From contig NC_057756.1 of the NCBI RefSeq assembly GCF_004010195.1, positions 777,805 through 839,804 on the forward strand: a stretch of 62,000 nucleotides of DNA, written 5' to 3'. How positions within the stretch are numbered: the stretch's first letter is position 1; each line of letters starts with the position of its first letter. Below the pieces are notes generated by a model. That model was not told where the DNA came from. It searched no databases and saw nothing but the letters and a program-made list of their open reading frames with translations. Source of the stretch: Chiloscyllium plagiosum. Lineage: Eukaryota. Positions 13,075-26,849 of the stretch are shown piece after piece. The position numbers and the translations under genes were made by a program.

Positions 13075-13828
13075 CACTGTAAAATAAGATGCTTAAATAT
13101 GAACTCTCAGTTTGGTTAGTTCTTTAGTAATTAAGGTCAGGTGTGCATGATTACGTACGTGAGGAGGAACAGGATTTTGTTACTTTTATCAATCTTTCAG
13201 TTGCTTATAAGTCAGTTTCTCTTGGGTGAGATCAAGTCTAGCTGAGACAGCTATTGTTGCAATTTGGCAGGCTTCAACATACTGTTAATTGTGTCAAGCA
13301 CGAGGAAGATTGAATCTAGTGAAAACTATGGACATGAGTGATGTTTTGCTGAAGTAAGAAATTAATCAAGAAATTTCTAGAAATATTCAAGTATTCGAGG
13401 AACTCTGGCAACATTAATGCATCATATTAATAGATGTGTTGAATGAAAAAATGTCATTGCATTGTTCTGGATAAGACAAAGATAATGGTGTTAACATAGA
13501 TTTTATATTCAGTAAGCCAAGCAGTCACACAAAGCGGGTTATTGGTCAAATCAGAACTTTTGTTTTGTTTTGTTCTGATCGTACACCAATAAGCTATTTA
13601 ATTTCATATATTTCAATCATGACTGCATTCTATGGCCTGCTACCGGTGATTGAAACCCTTTAGAATGCCGTGTGGTTGTGACTGCTGCTGTACAATTGGG
13701 AAGTTATATTCAACGAAATAGATGGTTATCATTAAAATCTATGAGTTTAAAATTTAAAAGCACCTTGGTCATTTTCTCTGATAGATAGATACATAGATAG
13801 ATGGACGGTCGGATATACAATCATATGG

Positions 13829-13955
13829 TTAAGCTGATTATGGATGTAAGTTTGCTCCCTGAGCTTGGAGGTTCGTTTCCTGGAATTGAAACTCCAAGCT
13901 CAGCGAGCAAACGTACACGCAAAACCTCAACCTGAGCTACAAATCTTCTTCAAAC
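13829..13955. mobile_element. Short inverted pair of Penelope pLTR pieces
   Basis: gtaagtttgctccctgagcttgga followed by tccaagctcagcgagcaaacgtac; flanked by direct repeat tggttaagctgat. Confidence 0.6.
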
Positions 13956-14037
13956 TGGTTAAGCTGATGTGAAGATAAACAGCAAATTGTCCTTAGTTTA
14001 ATCAAGATCTGTTTTATCTTTTTTAACTCCTTGACAG

Positions 14038-14064
14038 AAGATAAACTAAAACGAAAATCTAAAG
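14038..14064 (+). CDS. Microexon E4 (27 nt, class K): EDKLKRKSK
   Basis: ttttaactccttgacag|AAGATAAACTAAAACGAAAATCTAAAG|gtaatg; paralogous to E16. Confidence 0.85.
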
Positions 14065-15079
14065 GTAATGGTTTTGCCACTTGTCCTAATGAATCAAAAA
14101 CTGTCTATTTTGGAAAAAGTAGAAGCTTAAATGTTTCTTATTTTTCTACCCTATATCTCAAATGTAAACTCTTAAGAATTATTGCCATAACTATGATTTA
14201 CATGATCGTGTGAAGTTTAAAAATGTTATATGCAATACAGGTGCCCCCTTTACATTAGACTATTAATCATGGGAATAGGAAAAAAAAATGAATACGACAT
14301 GTCCTCGCACGAATTCAATATTGAGTCCAGGTGCATCTTCCGACTGAAATTGAAAAAACCTTTCCATGACATTTAGTTCAATATCACTGTTGCATTGAAG
14401 GAAAACTGTGGACATATTGAGGAAAGAAATAGAAAATGACCAGAAGAAACAAAGCAAGTTTGAAACATTATTGTTTGGAACAACTGCATCAAATTAAGGG
14501 CAGTTTGACAAATTGGTCTATATGTGAACATAATTTTTTTTTATAATGCATGGAAAGGCTAAAATAAAAGTTTTGAGTTTGGAAGCTCGATAGATGTTAT
14601 TCAGATACAAGATTCAAATGAATTCTTTTGAGTGCCATATATCATTATTTAATTTGGATATGAACGTGAAGAAGCACTAAATAAATGTGATGGTATATTC
14701 AAATATATATAAAAAAAAGACAAGTGGAAACATAAGTGAAATATCAACTTTGGAATTCTTGGGATAAAAGACAAAATTAAATTAATATTTACCAAACTGG
14801 GTAGAATAATTTGGTTTCTGTTTCTAGTAATCTTAAACTTTTCAAGCCGGTTTAAAAAAAATCACTGAATGACAATCGTGACTGCATGAAAGCACATTGT
14901 TACTGTTGTAAAATATTATCTTCAAGTAATTGTGACTTATGAATAAAATCAACTGGATTTACATAGGCTGTTGAGACCACCTGAAGGTGCAGTGAAAGTA
15001 TGAACGGATCATTAAGAAATAGACGTGACATAGTAATTGAACACAAACCATTTCTGTTAAATAAAACTGATAGAAATCA

Positions 15080-16545
15080 ATTTAATAGAGTTCTTTTTGA
15101 AAAGGTCATCAAGAAGATGGATGAAGACATATATAGTCTAATGGACTATATCAAAGTCTTTGACAAGTTCTAACATGGTTGACTGATCAGTAAGGTTAGA
15201 CCACATGGGATCCAAGGAGACATTGTCAAATAGATACAACATTAAGGGTAGAAGTCTGAGAGTATTGGTAAAGGGCTGTGATTCAGAGTGGAGGCCATAG
15301 CCAGCAGGGTGTTGCAGGGATAGGCTCTAGGTCCACTGTTGTTCATTATGTATACAAATGACCTGAATAAGAATACAAGAAGTATGATTAGTAACTTTGT
15401 GAATGACGCCAAAATTGGTGTTACAATGGACTGTGAGGACGGCTATCTAAGAGAACAACGTGATCTTAATCAGATGGGCCAATAGACCGTGAAGTGACAA
15501 ATGGAGATCAATTTTGGGAAGGGCAAGACATTACATAGCTAAAAGTAGGGCTCCAGGGAGTATTGTTGAATAGAGGACCTTCGATACTTGAAAATGACGC
15601 TGGAGGTACACAGGCTGTTTATGAAGGCTTGGTTTCATTACTCAGAACTTTAGCTACAGAGTTGGACGTCATGTTGAGGTTATGCAGAACATTGGTGAGG
15701 CATAGATAAGGTGAATAATAAAGGTCTTCGACATGGGGTGGGGAGTTTAAAACTAGAAAGTACATTTTTTTTTACGTGAGAGGAGGAAGTGTCAAAAAAG
15801 GACGTAAGAACCAACCGTTTTACATAGAAATTGTCTCACATGTGGACAGAACTTCCAGAGGAAGTGGAGCGTCAGGTACAGTTGCAACACTTAAGAGACA
15901 TTTGGATAAGTGCATGAATAGGAAATGTCTGGAAGGAAGTGTGGAACATGGAACATGTGGGACTCGAATAGTTTGGGAACCCCGTTCGCCGTGGACTAAT
16001 TGGAAAGAATGTTATTTTTCTGTGTTACATGACTGCATAGTTCAATGACTTTATGTTATTAAACTAGAAAGAGTAAAGTGAAAAATAATTGCAAGGATTT
16101 TGCCTGGAGTCGTGAGTTGAGTATAACGGAAAAGCTGGAGAGGCTGAGACATCTTTTCCGAAGCATCTGATGCTGAAAAGTGATCTTATTGAGGTTTACA
16201 AAATCATGAGAGTCACAGACAAATGAATAGGGAAGGTTTTTTTTTTCCGGGATGGAGGCGAGTCCAAAACTAGAGGCAAAGTTTAGAGAGGAAAGATTTA
16301 AAAGGGACTGAGGGGCAACCGTATTCACACAGAGAATGGTTCAAGTCTGAGATGTACTGCCAGCGTAAGTGGTAGAGCCGGACACAATTACGGCATTTCA
16401 AATATTTTTGTACTGGTACATGAAGAAGAAAGGTTCAGAGGGAGATGTGCTAAATACAGGCAATCGACATTAGATCAGTTTAAGCAACGTGGTGGGCATG
16501 AACAATTTGGATTAAAGGGTCTGTTTGACTCTATGAGTCTGTCTG
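15080..16545 (+). mobile_element. Two degraded CR1 LINE 3' portions
   Basis: Remnants of CR1 RT motifs (KVFDK..HG; F.NDAKIG) and a gactctatga tail. Confidence 0.8.
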
Positions 16546-16600
16546 ATTATCTTGATTGCCAATGAATCTCAAAACAAAAGTTTTTCGTACTTCTCTTTAG

Positions 16601-16627
16601 AATTCGATGACCAACAGGAAGAATGCA
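16601..16627 (+). CDS. Microexon E5 (27 nt, class C): EFDDQQEEC
   Basis: ttctctttag|AATTCGATGACCAACAGGAAGAATGCA|gtaagt. Confidence 0.85.
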
Positions 16628-17559
16628 GTAAGTAGCCTCAAAATCTACATATGCACTCCACTTTGAGTAGGTTGCTATCTCTTTGTTTGAAAAAAAGTTT
16701 TTGGGGAGCTTCCTCTATTACAGCAAAAATCTGAGGTCAATATACTATCTGATATGATTTCTGAAGCAATGGATCAAAACTTTATGTTTAAACGTTACTG
16801 TTACTTAAGTTAGAAAGGTCATAACTTCTAAGATGGGAAGGTAGGTTAGTTTACCATGACTAGAAATCTATTCCGAGTTGTCACTTCTTTTTGTGGGATT
16901 TTCCATTGTCAAATGATCAGAAACTGCAGTTGAAAATCTAGCACTGTTCAAGTAGTTTCACTGACTGTAAAACATCATTGGACTTAAAGTTGAGGGAGAT
17001 GCTGAAGGAATGGAATCATACTTTGCATAACAAAATGTTATTATGTTTTGAATGCTGAATACTATGTTTATTTGGGATTCAATTAGATAGGTGTTGGATT
17101 GAAAACGTGTATTGTTTTATTGATTAGTTGTTGTACTCTCACTCAATAATCTCTTTAATTGCATTCAACATGTTTAATGTTTGAGCTACTGGTGCATTGA
17201 AACTACATCCAGTTTCCCTGTGCTCTGTTTTTAGTTTGTAATTGTGCAATCAAATTGGAACCACTCTACATGTTGCTGGGAAGACATGATGATTGAGTGG
17301 TTTGATTATCTGGATAAGCATTAGCATTGCCTGAAACAAAAGAAGTAGAAAGTCATGTGTTTTTCAAGAGTTTGAATCTATATCTCTCGGACGTATAAAA
17401 TAAGCATGGATAGTTCTATGTTCTGCCTGGATTTTGAAAGTTACCTTTAATGTGTACACGCTTGATTTCCTGTAAAACAGCAAGTAGAGCCTTTCAAAAT
17501 ATTGCTACATGCATGATCAGATCTCAACATGCATAACTAATAGTAAATATGGAGCAAAT

Positions 17560-18480
17560 AGAACACAGAACATTAAACAATACAGCGCAGAACAGACCCT
17601 TCAGCCCTTGATGTTCACCAACCTGCGAACTAATCAAAGCCCATGCCCGTACGCTATCGCATCGTCATTCAAATGCTCATCGAAGGATTGTTCAAATTCC
17701 CCTAATGTGGCTGAGTTAACTACATTGGCAGGCAGGGCATTCCAGACCCTTACCCGTTTCTGAGTAAAGAACCTGCCTTTGACATCTGTCTTAAATCTAT
17801 CATCCCTCAATTTGCAGGTATGTCCCCTCCTACGAGCTGACATCATCATCCTAGGAAAAAAAGACTTTCGCTGTCCACCCTATCTAATCCTCTGATCACC
17901 TTGCATGTCTCTATTAAATCCCCTCTTCTCCTTCTTCTCTCCAGTGAGAACAGACCCAAGAACTCTACCTTTCCTCATAAGACATTCCCTCCAGACCAGG
18001 CAACATCCTTGTAAATCTCCTCTGAACCATTTTTAATGCTTCCACATCCTTCCTGTAACGGGGCAACCAGAACTGGACACAATATTCCGAGTGAGGCGGC
18101 ACTAGGATTTTGTACAGTTGCAGCATGACATCACGGCTCAGAACTCAATCCCACTACCAGTAAAACCTAACACACCATATGCCTTCTTAACAGCACTATT
18201 TACCTGGGTGGCAACTTTCAGTGATCTATACACATGGACACCAGTATCCGTCTGCTAATCCACGCTACCAAGAATCTTTCCATTGACCCAGTATTCTGCC
18301 TTCCTGTTATTCTTTCCAAAGTGAATCACCTCATTCTTACCTGCATCAAACTCCATTTGCCATCTCTAAACCCAATTCGGCAGTTTATCTAAGTCGCACT
18401 GCAACCTGCAACATTCTTCCACACTGTACAGAACCCCACTGATTATAGTGTCATCTGCAAACTTACTAACCCATCCACGT
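17560..18480 (-). mobile_element. CR1 LINE 3' fragment
   Basis: ORF 17634-17849 (RGHTCKL..RFKTDVKGRFFTQ.RVRVWNALP) is a typical CR1 ORF2 C-terminus; FADDT motif at about 18450-18465 on the minus strand. Confidence 0.9.
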
Positions 18481-19153
18481 ATGCTCCTTGTTTTATGGAA
18501 ATGTAGAAGCTAGTTATGAAGGCATTTAAAACGTTGACATTTTTCAGTACAAAACAAATAGTTTCTTTGCAACTGGAAGAGTTGAGCAAGAGAACAAGCT
18601 TTTAATGAAATAACATGATGGTTATGAATAAAAACAATTAAATTTGCAAGTAGTTTTGTGTTGAATAGTTAGAACTAGAAGTTTTTCAGTAGAACTAGAA
18701 ATTTCCCACGGTAATGAACAGCTGAGTTTGAAAGAATGCAAGCAATTAAGAGAAACATGAAACTGCTCCAAAAATCCATTTCCAACCATAGGGTTAAAAA
18801 TGGTGTGACGAAATTCATCTAGTTCACATATCAAATGCTATAATAAATTTTCATAAAAAGTCTTCATAAAAAAAAACTGTTTAAATCGTCAAAAACATGA
18901 AATATATATTACGGAAGCAGGATCCCTTCCTGTTTTTTTCGCTTTGTACTAGCAGGAATCGCTTGCAAACTGGGCAGCATAACTGTCAATTGTCCAGCCT
19001 GGAAATGCTCGCTGCTTTGAATGTCCTGGCCTATTCAACTTTGATTTGAATACACGAACTGTGCGATTCTGAAACAATCAGAGCACAATTCACGCTTTAA
19101 AAATATCACGTGTATTACGTATTTCTTCAACTGCCCACTCGTACAACTTGCAG

Positions 19154-19180
19154 AAAACAACCTTGATGAAAAGACTGCAG
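19154..19180 (+). CDS. Microexon E6 (27 nt, class A): KNNLDEKTA
   Basis: caacttgcag|AAAACAACCTTGATGAAAAGACTGCAG|gtattt. Confidence 0.8.
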
Positions 19181-19509
19181 GTATTTTTTTAAAAAAAACT
19201 TATATGATCTATTGTATTTAAAATTTTGCATTGCAAATTCTTCAATGTAAATTCTTGCCTCAGCGTGAAGTCAGTGTAAATTTAAATAAATAAATTTATA
19301 TAATCTCAGCAGCCACAGGATGTAGAGCTTTTCACTTAAGAGAATTTCTTTGGGCACATTTTGATATAAAAAAACAACTGCTTGTTGGTAGTGACGATTT
19401 ACTATTGCATCATAATTCATTTGCTTAAACTTAAATATTGAACTATGACACATGATTTGGCATTCTGGTTAATATTACGATCGACTGACCCTATTTTGTG
19501 AAAATAATT

Positions 19510-19935
19510 GTGGAGGGGAGTGGTGGCGAGGAGGGGAGAGAAGTGGGGAGGAGGGGAGAGATGTGGGGGGAGGAGAGTANNNNNNNNNNNNNNNNNNNNN
19601 NNNNNNNNNNNNNNNNNNNGGTAGGAGAAGTGCAGGGCTGAGAGGAATAGGAAGAAGAGGTGGGAGTGCAGGGAGAGTGTGCAGCAGGATGGGGTCTAGG
19701 GAGATGTCCTTGGATGGGGGAGGGGGGAATAGGGAGATGGTGGGGGGAAACGTTTAGAGAGATGAGTGTGAGTGGGCAAGGGGTCAACGACCAGTTGGAA
19801 TGAAGGAGGAATGCAGACAAGCGCATCAAACGAGGTGAGAAGGGTGGGAGGACGGGCATGAGAAGAGTGAGGGTGGGATGCTATACCTCTGAGGCCCCAG
19901 GTGCGGAGCTTCCCCAACCACTTCACATTCCTGAG
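19510..19935 (-). mobile_element. Penelope-like 3' fragment containing an assembly gap (N 19580-19619)
   Basis: Purine-rich tract followed by sequence resembling the post-GIY-YIG region of the 45515-49090 element. Confidence 0.5.
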
Positions 19936-20449
19936 GTCTGGCCGAAGGGGTGGGGGGGTCACCATCACCGTTTTCGTATAATAATGCATATAGTTTACCT
20001 TGAGTCTTTGTTTGAGCATGGAATATTACACCTGGAGACATCCATGTCTTCTGATTAGTTTTATTCTCGATTCTGCAAAGCTGTGAATTTTTCCACTTGC
20101 TTTCTTTCCCATTGTGACCCTGCCAGAGGGTAGTGTTTGCTACAACTCTTCTCTCAAGTGAACAATTCTCACAGGAACCATTTCCTTCATTATAACGTTA
20201 GTTCCATTGCATTCTTCCGCCCTGGCAGTTGTAGGCAGCATGGTGGTTCAGTGGTTAGCACTGCCTGCCTCATGGTGCCTGGGCCTGGGTTCAATTCCAG
20301 CCTCAGGTAACAGTCTGTGTGGGGTTTATACATTCACTGTGTGCCTGCATAGGTTTCCATCCAAAGATATGCCAGTTACGTGGATTAGCCATACTAAATT
20401 GCCCATAGTGTCGATTAGGTGCATTAGTCAGTAGTAAAAGAAGAACAAT

Positions 20450-22335
20450 AAGGTAGGGGATTAGATGCAATTCTGCTCGCTGAACTGGAAGGTTCATTTT
20501 CAGACATTTTGACACCATATTAGGTAGCATCATCAGTGAGCCCCGCTGAAGCACTGGTGTTAGTGGCTCGCTTTCCATTTACAGAGGAACCTTGATTATA
20601 CGAATACCAATTACCTGAAAATTGGATTATCCGAAGGAAATCTCAATGTCCCAATGGAATCATTACATCAAAGACATGTTTCCAACAGTGATCACGATTT
20701 TCTTTACAAAGATTAAACAGACACCGTCTCCAAATGACTGACTACTCGCCCTCTCTCTCTCTCCCCACACTTTACCTGGAGTTCTACACCGGGATGAACC
20801 CTAAACCTCCCTTCCCCAGAAAATCTCTCCAACATTGTCCTGTACAGGGCAAAGGTGGAACTTGTCTGAAAAGGCGTGCGTGTTATTTGGAGACTTACCC
20901 TGCAAATGCAACTGCAGCAGTCTTGTTGGTGTCCAGTCCAGCTGCCCCAGAGAGGAGAGGCGGGATTGTAGAGTGCTTTGTGGTGGGCGGGTGGCAGTGT
21001 TGCATGGGGTTTGGGACGGGGGCAGTGTTGGGGCAGATGTCGGTATTGCATGGGGTTGGGGTAGTGCTGGGGTCAGGGATGGTTTTGGGGGCGGNNNNNN
21101 NNNNNNNNNNNNNNNNNNNNNNNNNNNNNNNNNNNNNNNNNNNNNNNNNNNNNNNNNNNNNNNNNNNNNNNNNNNNNNNNNNNNNNNNNNNNNNNNNNNN
21201 NNNNNNNNNNNNNNNNNNNNNNNNNNNNNNNNNNNNNNNNNNNNNNNNNNNNNNNNNNNNNNNNNNNNNNNNNNNNNNNNNNNNNNNNNNNNNNNNNNNN
21301 NNNNNNNNNNNNNNNNNNNNNNNNNNNNNNNNNNNNNNNNNNNNNNNNNNNNNNNNNNNNNNNNNNNNNNNNNNNNNNNNNNNNNNNNNNNNNNNNNNNN
21401 NNNNNNNNNNNNNNNNNNNNNNNNNNNNNNNNNNNNNNNNNNNNNNNNNNNNNNNNNNNNNNNNNNNNNNNNNNNNNNNNNNNNNNNNNNNNNNNNNNNN
21501 NNNNNNNNNNNNNNNNNNNNNNNNNNNNNNNNNNNNNNNNGGTGTTGGGGGGGTGGTGTTGGGGTTGGGGGCATATTTGGTCTGGGGGTGTTGCTCAGTG
21601 TTGGGGGTTGGGTCTTACGCACTGTGTGCTGCTACCCTCCTGAAAGAGAAGCAGACGTTAAAAACTCCAAGCCCCAGAGGAAAGGTATTTAATCAATTAA
21701 CCGAATAGTCGATTATCCCAATGAAAAAGTGCCTGCCCATCATGTTTGGATAATCGAGGTTACCCTGTTATTTTTGTTTCCTAGGGTTGGTGATGTCATT
21801 TTCTGGGGTGATGTCATTTCCTGTTCTTTTTCTCAGACCATGGTAAATGGTGTCTAAGTCAATGTGTTTGTTGATAGAGTTCCAGTTGGAATGCCATGCT
21901 TCTCGGAATTCTCATGCGTGTCTCTGTTTGGCTTGTCTGAGTTTGGTTGCGTTGTCCCAGTTGAAGTAGGTCCTTCCTCATCTGTATGTAAGGATACCAA
22001 TGAGAGGGTATCATGTATTTTTTCTTGCTAGTTGATGTTCATGTATGCTGGTGGCTAGTTTTCTGCCCGTTTGCCTGATATAGTGTTTGTTACTGTTCTT
22101 GCAAGTTATTTTGTAAATGACATTAGTTTTACTTGTTTTTTGTATAGGGTTTTTCAAGTTCATTAGCTGCCGTTTTAGTGTGTTGCTGGGTTTGAGAGCT
22201 ACCATGATTCCAAGTAGTCTGGCAGTCATTTCTGACATGCCTTTGTTGTCGGGGAGAGTGGCTAGGGTGTTTTATGGGTACGCTTTGTCTGCTTGTTTGG
22301 TGCCTCAATCTAAGCGACAAATCTTTCAAAACTCG
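20450..22335 (-). mobile_element. 5'-truncated Poseidon-type Penelope element (GIY-YIG and pLTR)
   Basis: ORF 22011-22238 (NVIYKITCKNSNKHYIRQTGRKLATSIHEH) is a GIY-YIG endonuclease; pLTR at 20450-20580 continues at 21770. Confidence 0.85.
20582..21767. mobile_element. Tigger/pogo-like non-autonomous DNA transposon (MITE) spanning N gap 21095-21540
   Basis: Imperfect TIRs cagaggaaccttgattatacgaa / ttggataatcgaggttaccctg; left end preceded by TA. Confidence 0.7.
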
Positions 22336-22869
22336 CTAATGTGGTCACGGAAATGTCTGGGTGAGTTATTCTTTGGAGGTCGATGTGGACTTGTTGGGCC
22401 AAATGGCCTGTTTCCACATTGTAATAATTCTATGTATCTAAAAATAAATCGTCACTGATTTTATCCCCACTCCCTTGGCCCTTATCTGACTCTCAAACAA
22501 AAATAAATATAGAGCAAACTTCCTTTGGTTGTACAGGGCATTTCAGTATCCAGTTCTTAAGGAACTTTTAACTTCCTGCGATGGCAAGGCCACTTCAGAG
22601 GTCCACTTGAGGTTAGCATCCCTTTCCCACAACCAAATATGCATGTCTGCACCACCTCTAATGATATTTCGAGCACATAATCTGCGTTGTTGCATTCAAA
22701 TTGGTCTAAGCATGATTACCAGCATTAGATTTTGGAGCAGTCAAGGGCCATTTGAGTATTCAAAACTGCTCCACAATTTATTAAGGCTATAGCTGATTAG
22801 TTTGCGGCCGTATCTCTGCATTGCTTCCTACTTCTGATAACAATTGTACGTGTTGGTATTGTTCAGCAT

Positions 22870-23125
22870 AGAGTCATAGAGATGTACAACACAGAATCAA
22901 ATCCTTTTGTCCAACTCGTCCATGCTTACCAAATATCCGAAATTAATCTAGCCCAATTAGCCAGCACTTGGCACATTTCCCTTTAAACCCTTCCTATTCA
23001 TATACCCCTCCGGATGTCCTTTTCAATTTTATAATTGTAACAGCCTCCACCACTTCCTCTGGGAGCTCATTCTATACACACACTATCCTCTGCGGGTAAA
23101 GGTTGCCCCTTAGGTCCGCTTTGAA
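22870..23125 (-). mobile_element. CR1 LINE 3' end
   Basis: catagagtcatagag tail complement; matches 53450-53712 reversed. Confidence 0.8.
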
Positions 23126-23500
23126 TGAAATAAGCCTGATTATTTTTAAGATCTGCTCTCTAATTTTGTATGCCAACAAGGAAAATAAATCTTTTACGAC
23201 GCTCCTACTCTGACAAGCCTCACTAAGATAACTTGCCATTCTTTTCGAATTCAGCTTTCAAAAATAAAAACAAATCAAGCGTCAGTCCAATATTACAACT
23301 GTTCTTGCATTTCTAATTGTCAACAGTGCCTTTCCAAATATAACAAGTTTTGTTGCAAAGTACAATGATTGTCATATAGGCCTGATTTCAAATCAGAAAC
23401 GTTAAACACGGATGATTCAGGTTTTATGAACAAAATGTTTGGATGAAGAAAACATATTGCTGAAACATGTTTCCCTATGTCTCTTTTACTGAAACCAAAG

Positions 23501-23527
23501 ATCTCACAAAGAAATCGGATCAATTAG
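23501..23527 (+). CDS. Microexon E7 (27 nt, class L): DLTKKSDQL
   Basis: ctcttttactgaaaccaaag|ATCTCACAAAGAAATCGGATCAATTAG|gtgagt; paralogous to E19 (weaker AAG acceptor). Confidence 0.8.
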   Translation: MSQRNRIN

Positions 23528-25253
23528 GTGAGTTATGTAAAAAGTAATAGCTGGAATCATTAGGTTTATGGGATTGACTGGAATATTTATTCAACTGAAG
23601 ATAATTTTGATACAGTAACTCGTGGTACCATGAATTTGAATCCACTTACAGGTCCTAATTATTGGACATCAAAGCCAGTCTTCACGAAATCATGAGAGTT
23701 AAAACAAACCATTTATGAGATCAGAAGTTGACAAATGAATAACGCTAGAATGATGTGAGTACGATTCGGTATATGCGGTCAATTTTGATAGAGGATGAGG
23801 TTTTACTGCCAGTACGCTTGATTGCAGACAATACTTGTTATAACTGACAACTGGTACATGTGCCCTGATGATTTCTGACCTGTTTTGAATGAGATCAAGG
23901 GAGAACCTTAGGCGTGTCACTCTCTTTTTTCTTGATGTACAACCTGAATGAAAATATTTATTACTGAAATTCACATAGAAAATTGACGTTTGGAAATAAT
24001 CCATTTCATTTATCAAAAAAACCAAGTTTTGTTTCTGAAATGTAGCAAGCTTTTTTACATTATTTTGTGATAGAGATTAAATCAAGCATGGGTGACGGCT
24101 TATGCTTCATATTAGTTATGTTTGAACTTTGGATCTTATGAGAAAAAAAATGACATGATACATATGACTTTCCCAGATCACTGCATCTAATCGGTTAGGT
24201 TTCACAGTTTCCTATTTATTAGAGTATATTATTATCCGTACATTGTTTCTTATTATACTTCGTGTGAAATGCATAACTGTGAAAAACGGCATGTTTAAAT
24301 ATTCCATTCTTGTACATCAATGAGGTTTAAACTGGCATCGACATCCAAATCTAGTCAATTAATTTCAAATTCAATGCTTGTCACGCCAGTAACTACGGTA
24401 CCATGAGGAAATTTTAAATCATTACTCAGTACGGTAAGAACTGGAACATCAGAAAAACAAATATATAGAACATTGCATTGCCTGCCATACTTAATTTTGG
24501 AAATCAGTAATTTACTATCACTTGAAATTCATCACTATTATTACAATAATTGACGTCATGACAGTGAGCATTTTTAGTCAAATGATGCCATTGTCATTAC
24601 TAGAAATTGACTCTAGTTGCTTCTGGACGAGGGTACTGCAATCTGAAAGAAGCTCTTTGCTGGCATAGTTCTCTATGTATATAATAATGGAGAGCTATTA
24701 CTAATGGCTGGCATTATCTCTGTCATGATTTCCTGTCGTCTCTTAGCATGCAGGCTCTTGGAATGAAGCGACTTCTCTAATCTGTAAATATTTTTTTCTG
24801 AATATTCTCACAAGAGTTATCAGATATTCTATTTAATTTTACTGCTGCATGTACTCTGTCGCTCTCATTTTGTGCCAAATTCCGCAGCATTTGAGTTCTG
24901 AACCAAGACTTATTACTTGCTTACGATCTATTCGTAGGTTGTAACTTTCGTTCACTCTTTAGATTATAATCCTCTTGAATTACCCTTCCAATAATTCTTG
25001 CATGACCTGTTTCTGATTGAAATGATTCTTCTGACATACGCAGAGTTTTGTATACCCCTACTGCCAGATGAAGATAACTATCTTGGATGGTTTCCTCTTC
25101 CCAACATTATAAATTCTCAATCCTGTGCCTGAAAGATTTTTGCTTTGATGAATATACGTTCTTTCCTAAATTCATATGTTCCCTGTGTCCTCAACAATGA
25201 TTGTTATGTTCTATGCAATGCACTTTACTTTTTGTTTTTGATCAAATTCACAG

Positions 25254-25268
25254 AAAAATCATTGAAGG
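25254..25268 (+). CDS. Microexon E8 (15 nt): EKSLK
   Basis: tttttgtttttgatcaaattcacag|AAAAATCATTGAAGG|gtaaga; with E7 gives 14 aa (2 heptads); resembles E12. Confidence 0.7.
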
Positions 25269-26849
25269 GTAAGAATGTCCTGACTTCTGTAGATTACCTG
25301 ACAAATGAAAGCATCATATTAGAAGCCATTCAGTGTTTATGGTAAGATTCTATTTCATATTCCCTCTCTGTATTTAATCAATGAAAACAGACTTGCAGCT
25401 ATCGGAGACAATTCAGCTAACGAAAAGTTTCTTAGATTATTCAGTAAGAAAACTGAAATGGGAAGGAAAATGTTTTGCAATTCCTGAGATTTTTGTTCAG
25501 ACAACACCACCAGCACTGAGCACTGACAATTGGGTTACTTTTCCTCCTTGTCCAAATGAGTTTTCACCTAATTTGATGAGATCTATAAATCTTTACTTGT
25601 TTGATAAGATTGAAAGTAAGCTAAAGATATGATGGCGGCTCACTAAAACCTGTGGAGAAGTAGATTTGAGAATATGAGATTAAAAGCCCAATTTTTTCTG
25701 AAAATAATTGATCTGAAGCTGAATGAGGTGTACGAAATTTGAAATGTAGGATTGATTCCCAAAGGTCACTGTGTGGTATATCTATCAAATTCAGTACCGC
25801 AGTTGGTGTGGATATTGGATTACATGATGCACTGACATCAATAGATGATTGTTACGAAGGACATGGTACTTTTCCTCGTCTGCTTCCTGTGTGTCGTGCG
25901 GGTATGTATGCATTTCTCATGTTCATATCAATCTGATATCCCTGTACGGGCAGACTCATAATTTTGAAAGTATGCATGTGTTCTATAAAGATTCTTGGGA
26001 AAATTTTGAGTGTACACATCGACATGTTGTATAATGGCTGCATTGTACTCAGAGTATCGACAATGTGTGTAAGTAGTAGAGAAGAGGGAAATAATTTGCA
26101 ATTCTATTTTGTGAAAAGTGGTGTGTTTTAGTTGAGCTGAGACTCGATAGGCAATTAGCAATTATTCCCATTTGATTGTGGATAGTATTCACAGTTAGAA
26201 CAAGTGGATTTCAGTTATATTTGGCACTGCTCTTCCAAAGTTATCGCATGTCCCATATAAAGGAATGATGTTTTTGCAGCTTTAGAAAGGCTGCTTTTGG
26301 CATTGCCATTTTTAGTCCCTAGGTTGAAGCCAGATCTGATGATTTCCAATTTGATTCATTTTCCTGCAATTTTTCAGTTTTGTTGGTCATCGCAGAGGCA
26401 TTACAAAATGATGTATATTGCTGTACACCTACAGTCATATGTTAAACAAACCACGTAAAGGCTTTAGATTCCCTCTTAGCAAGGGGCTTAGTAGTTGGAA
26501 TAGACATTTGCAACGAATACTATTTGTATTAAGTCTAATTTAACATCCTTTCTTTTCGTAATGAAGAACAGAATATCTTAGACATTGAATTTTCAATTCC
26601 TGCCATGACATGCTTCTGCCACCTCCATCTCTGTACTTTTTCTGTGACAAAGTTTCACATCCATCTTGGAGAGATCCCTTCTGCTGTCTCCAAGCTTCCT
26701 TTTCCATTTGGACACCCTGTTTTGGCCACTTTCATAGTCAAAAATGGGTTAGTGACCTTTTGATTATGTAAATCTATGTGAGATAGGCCGAATGCCAAAT
26801 TTCTGACACCACATCCGACTTCCCCTTGACCACGACCCCACGAAAGCCC

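Larger units (their letters stand above)
20233..22440 (+). mobile_element. HE1/V-SINE split in two (20233-20430 and about 22340-22440) by nested insertions
   Basis: The 5' part stops at ggtgcattagtcag; the SINE 3' part (gtctgggtgagttattc...ggcctgtttccaca) resumes at about 22350. Confidence 0.8.

Noticed and set aside
20734..21708. Longest ORFs in the track (273-324 aa)
   Set aside because: Artefacts of reading through the N gap.
24074..24091. 18-nt candidate exon EIKSSM
   Set aside because: Weak donor (gtgacg), no paralog, and it breaks the E7+E8 two-heptad fit.
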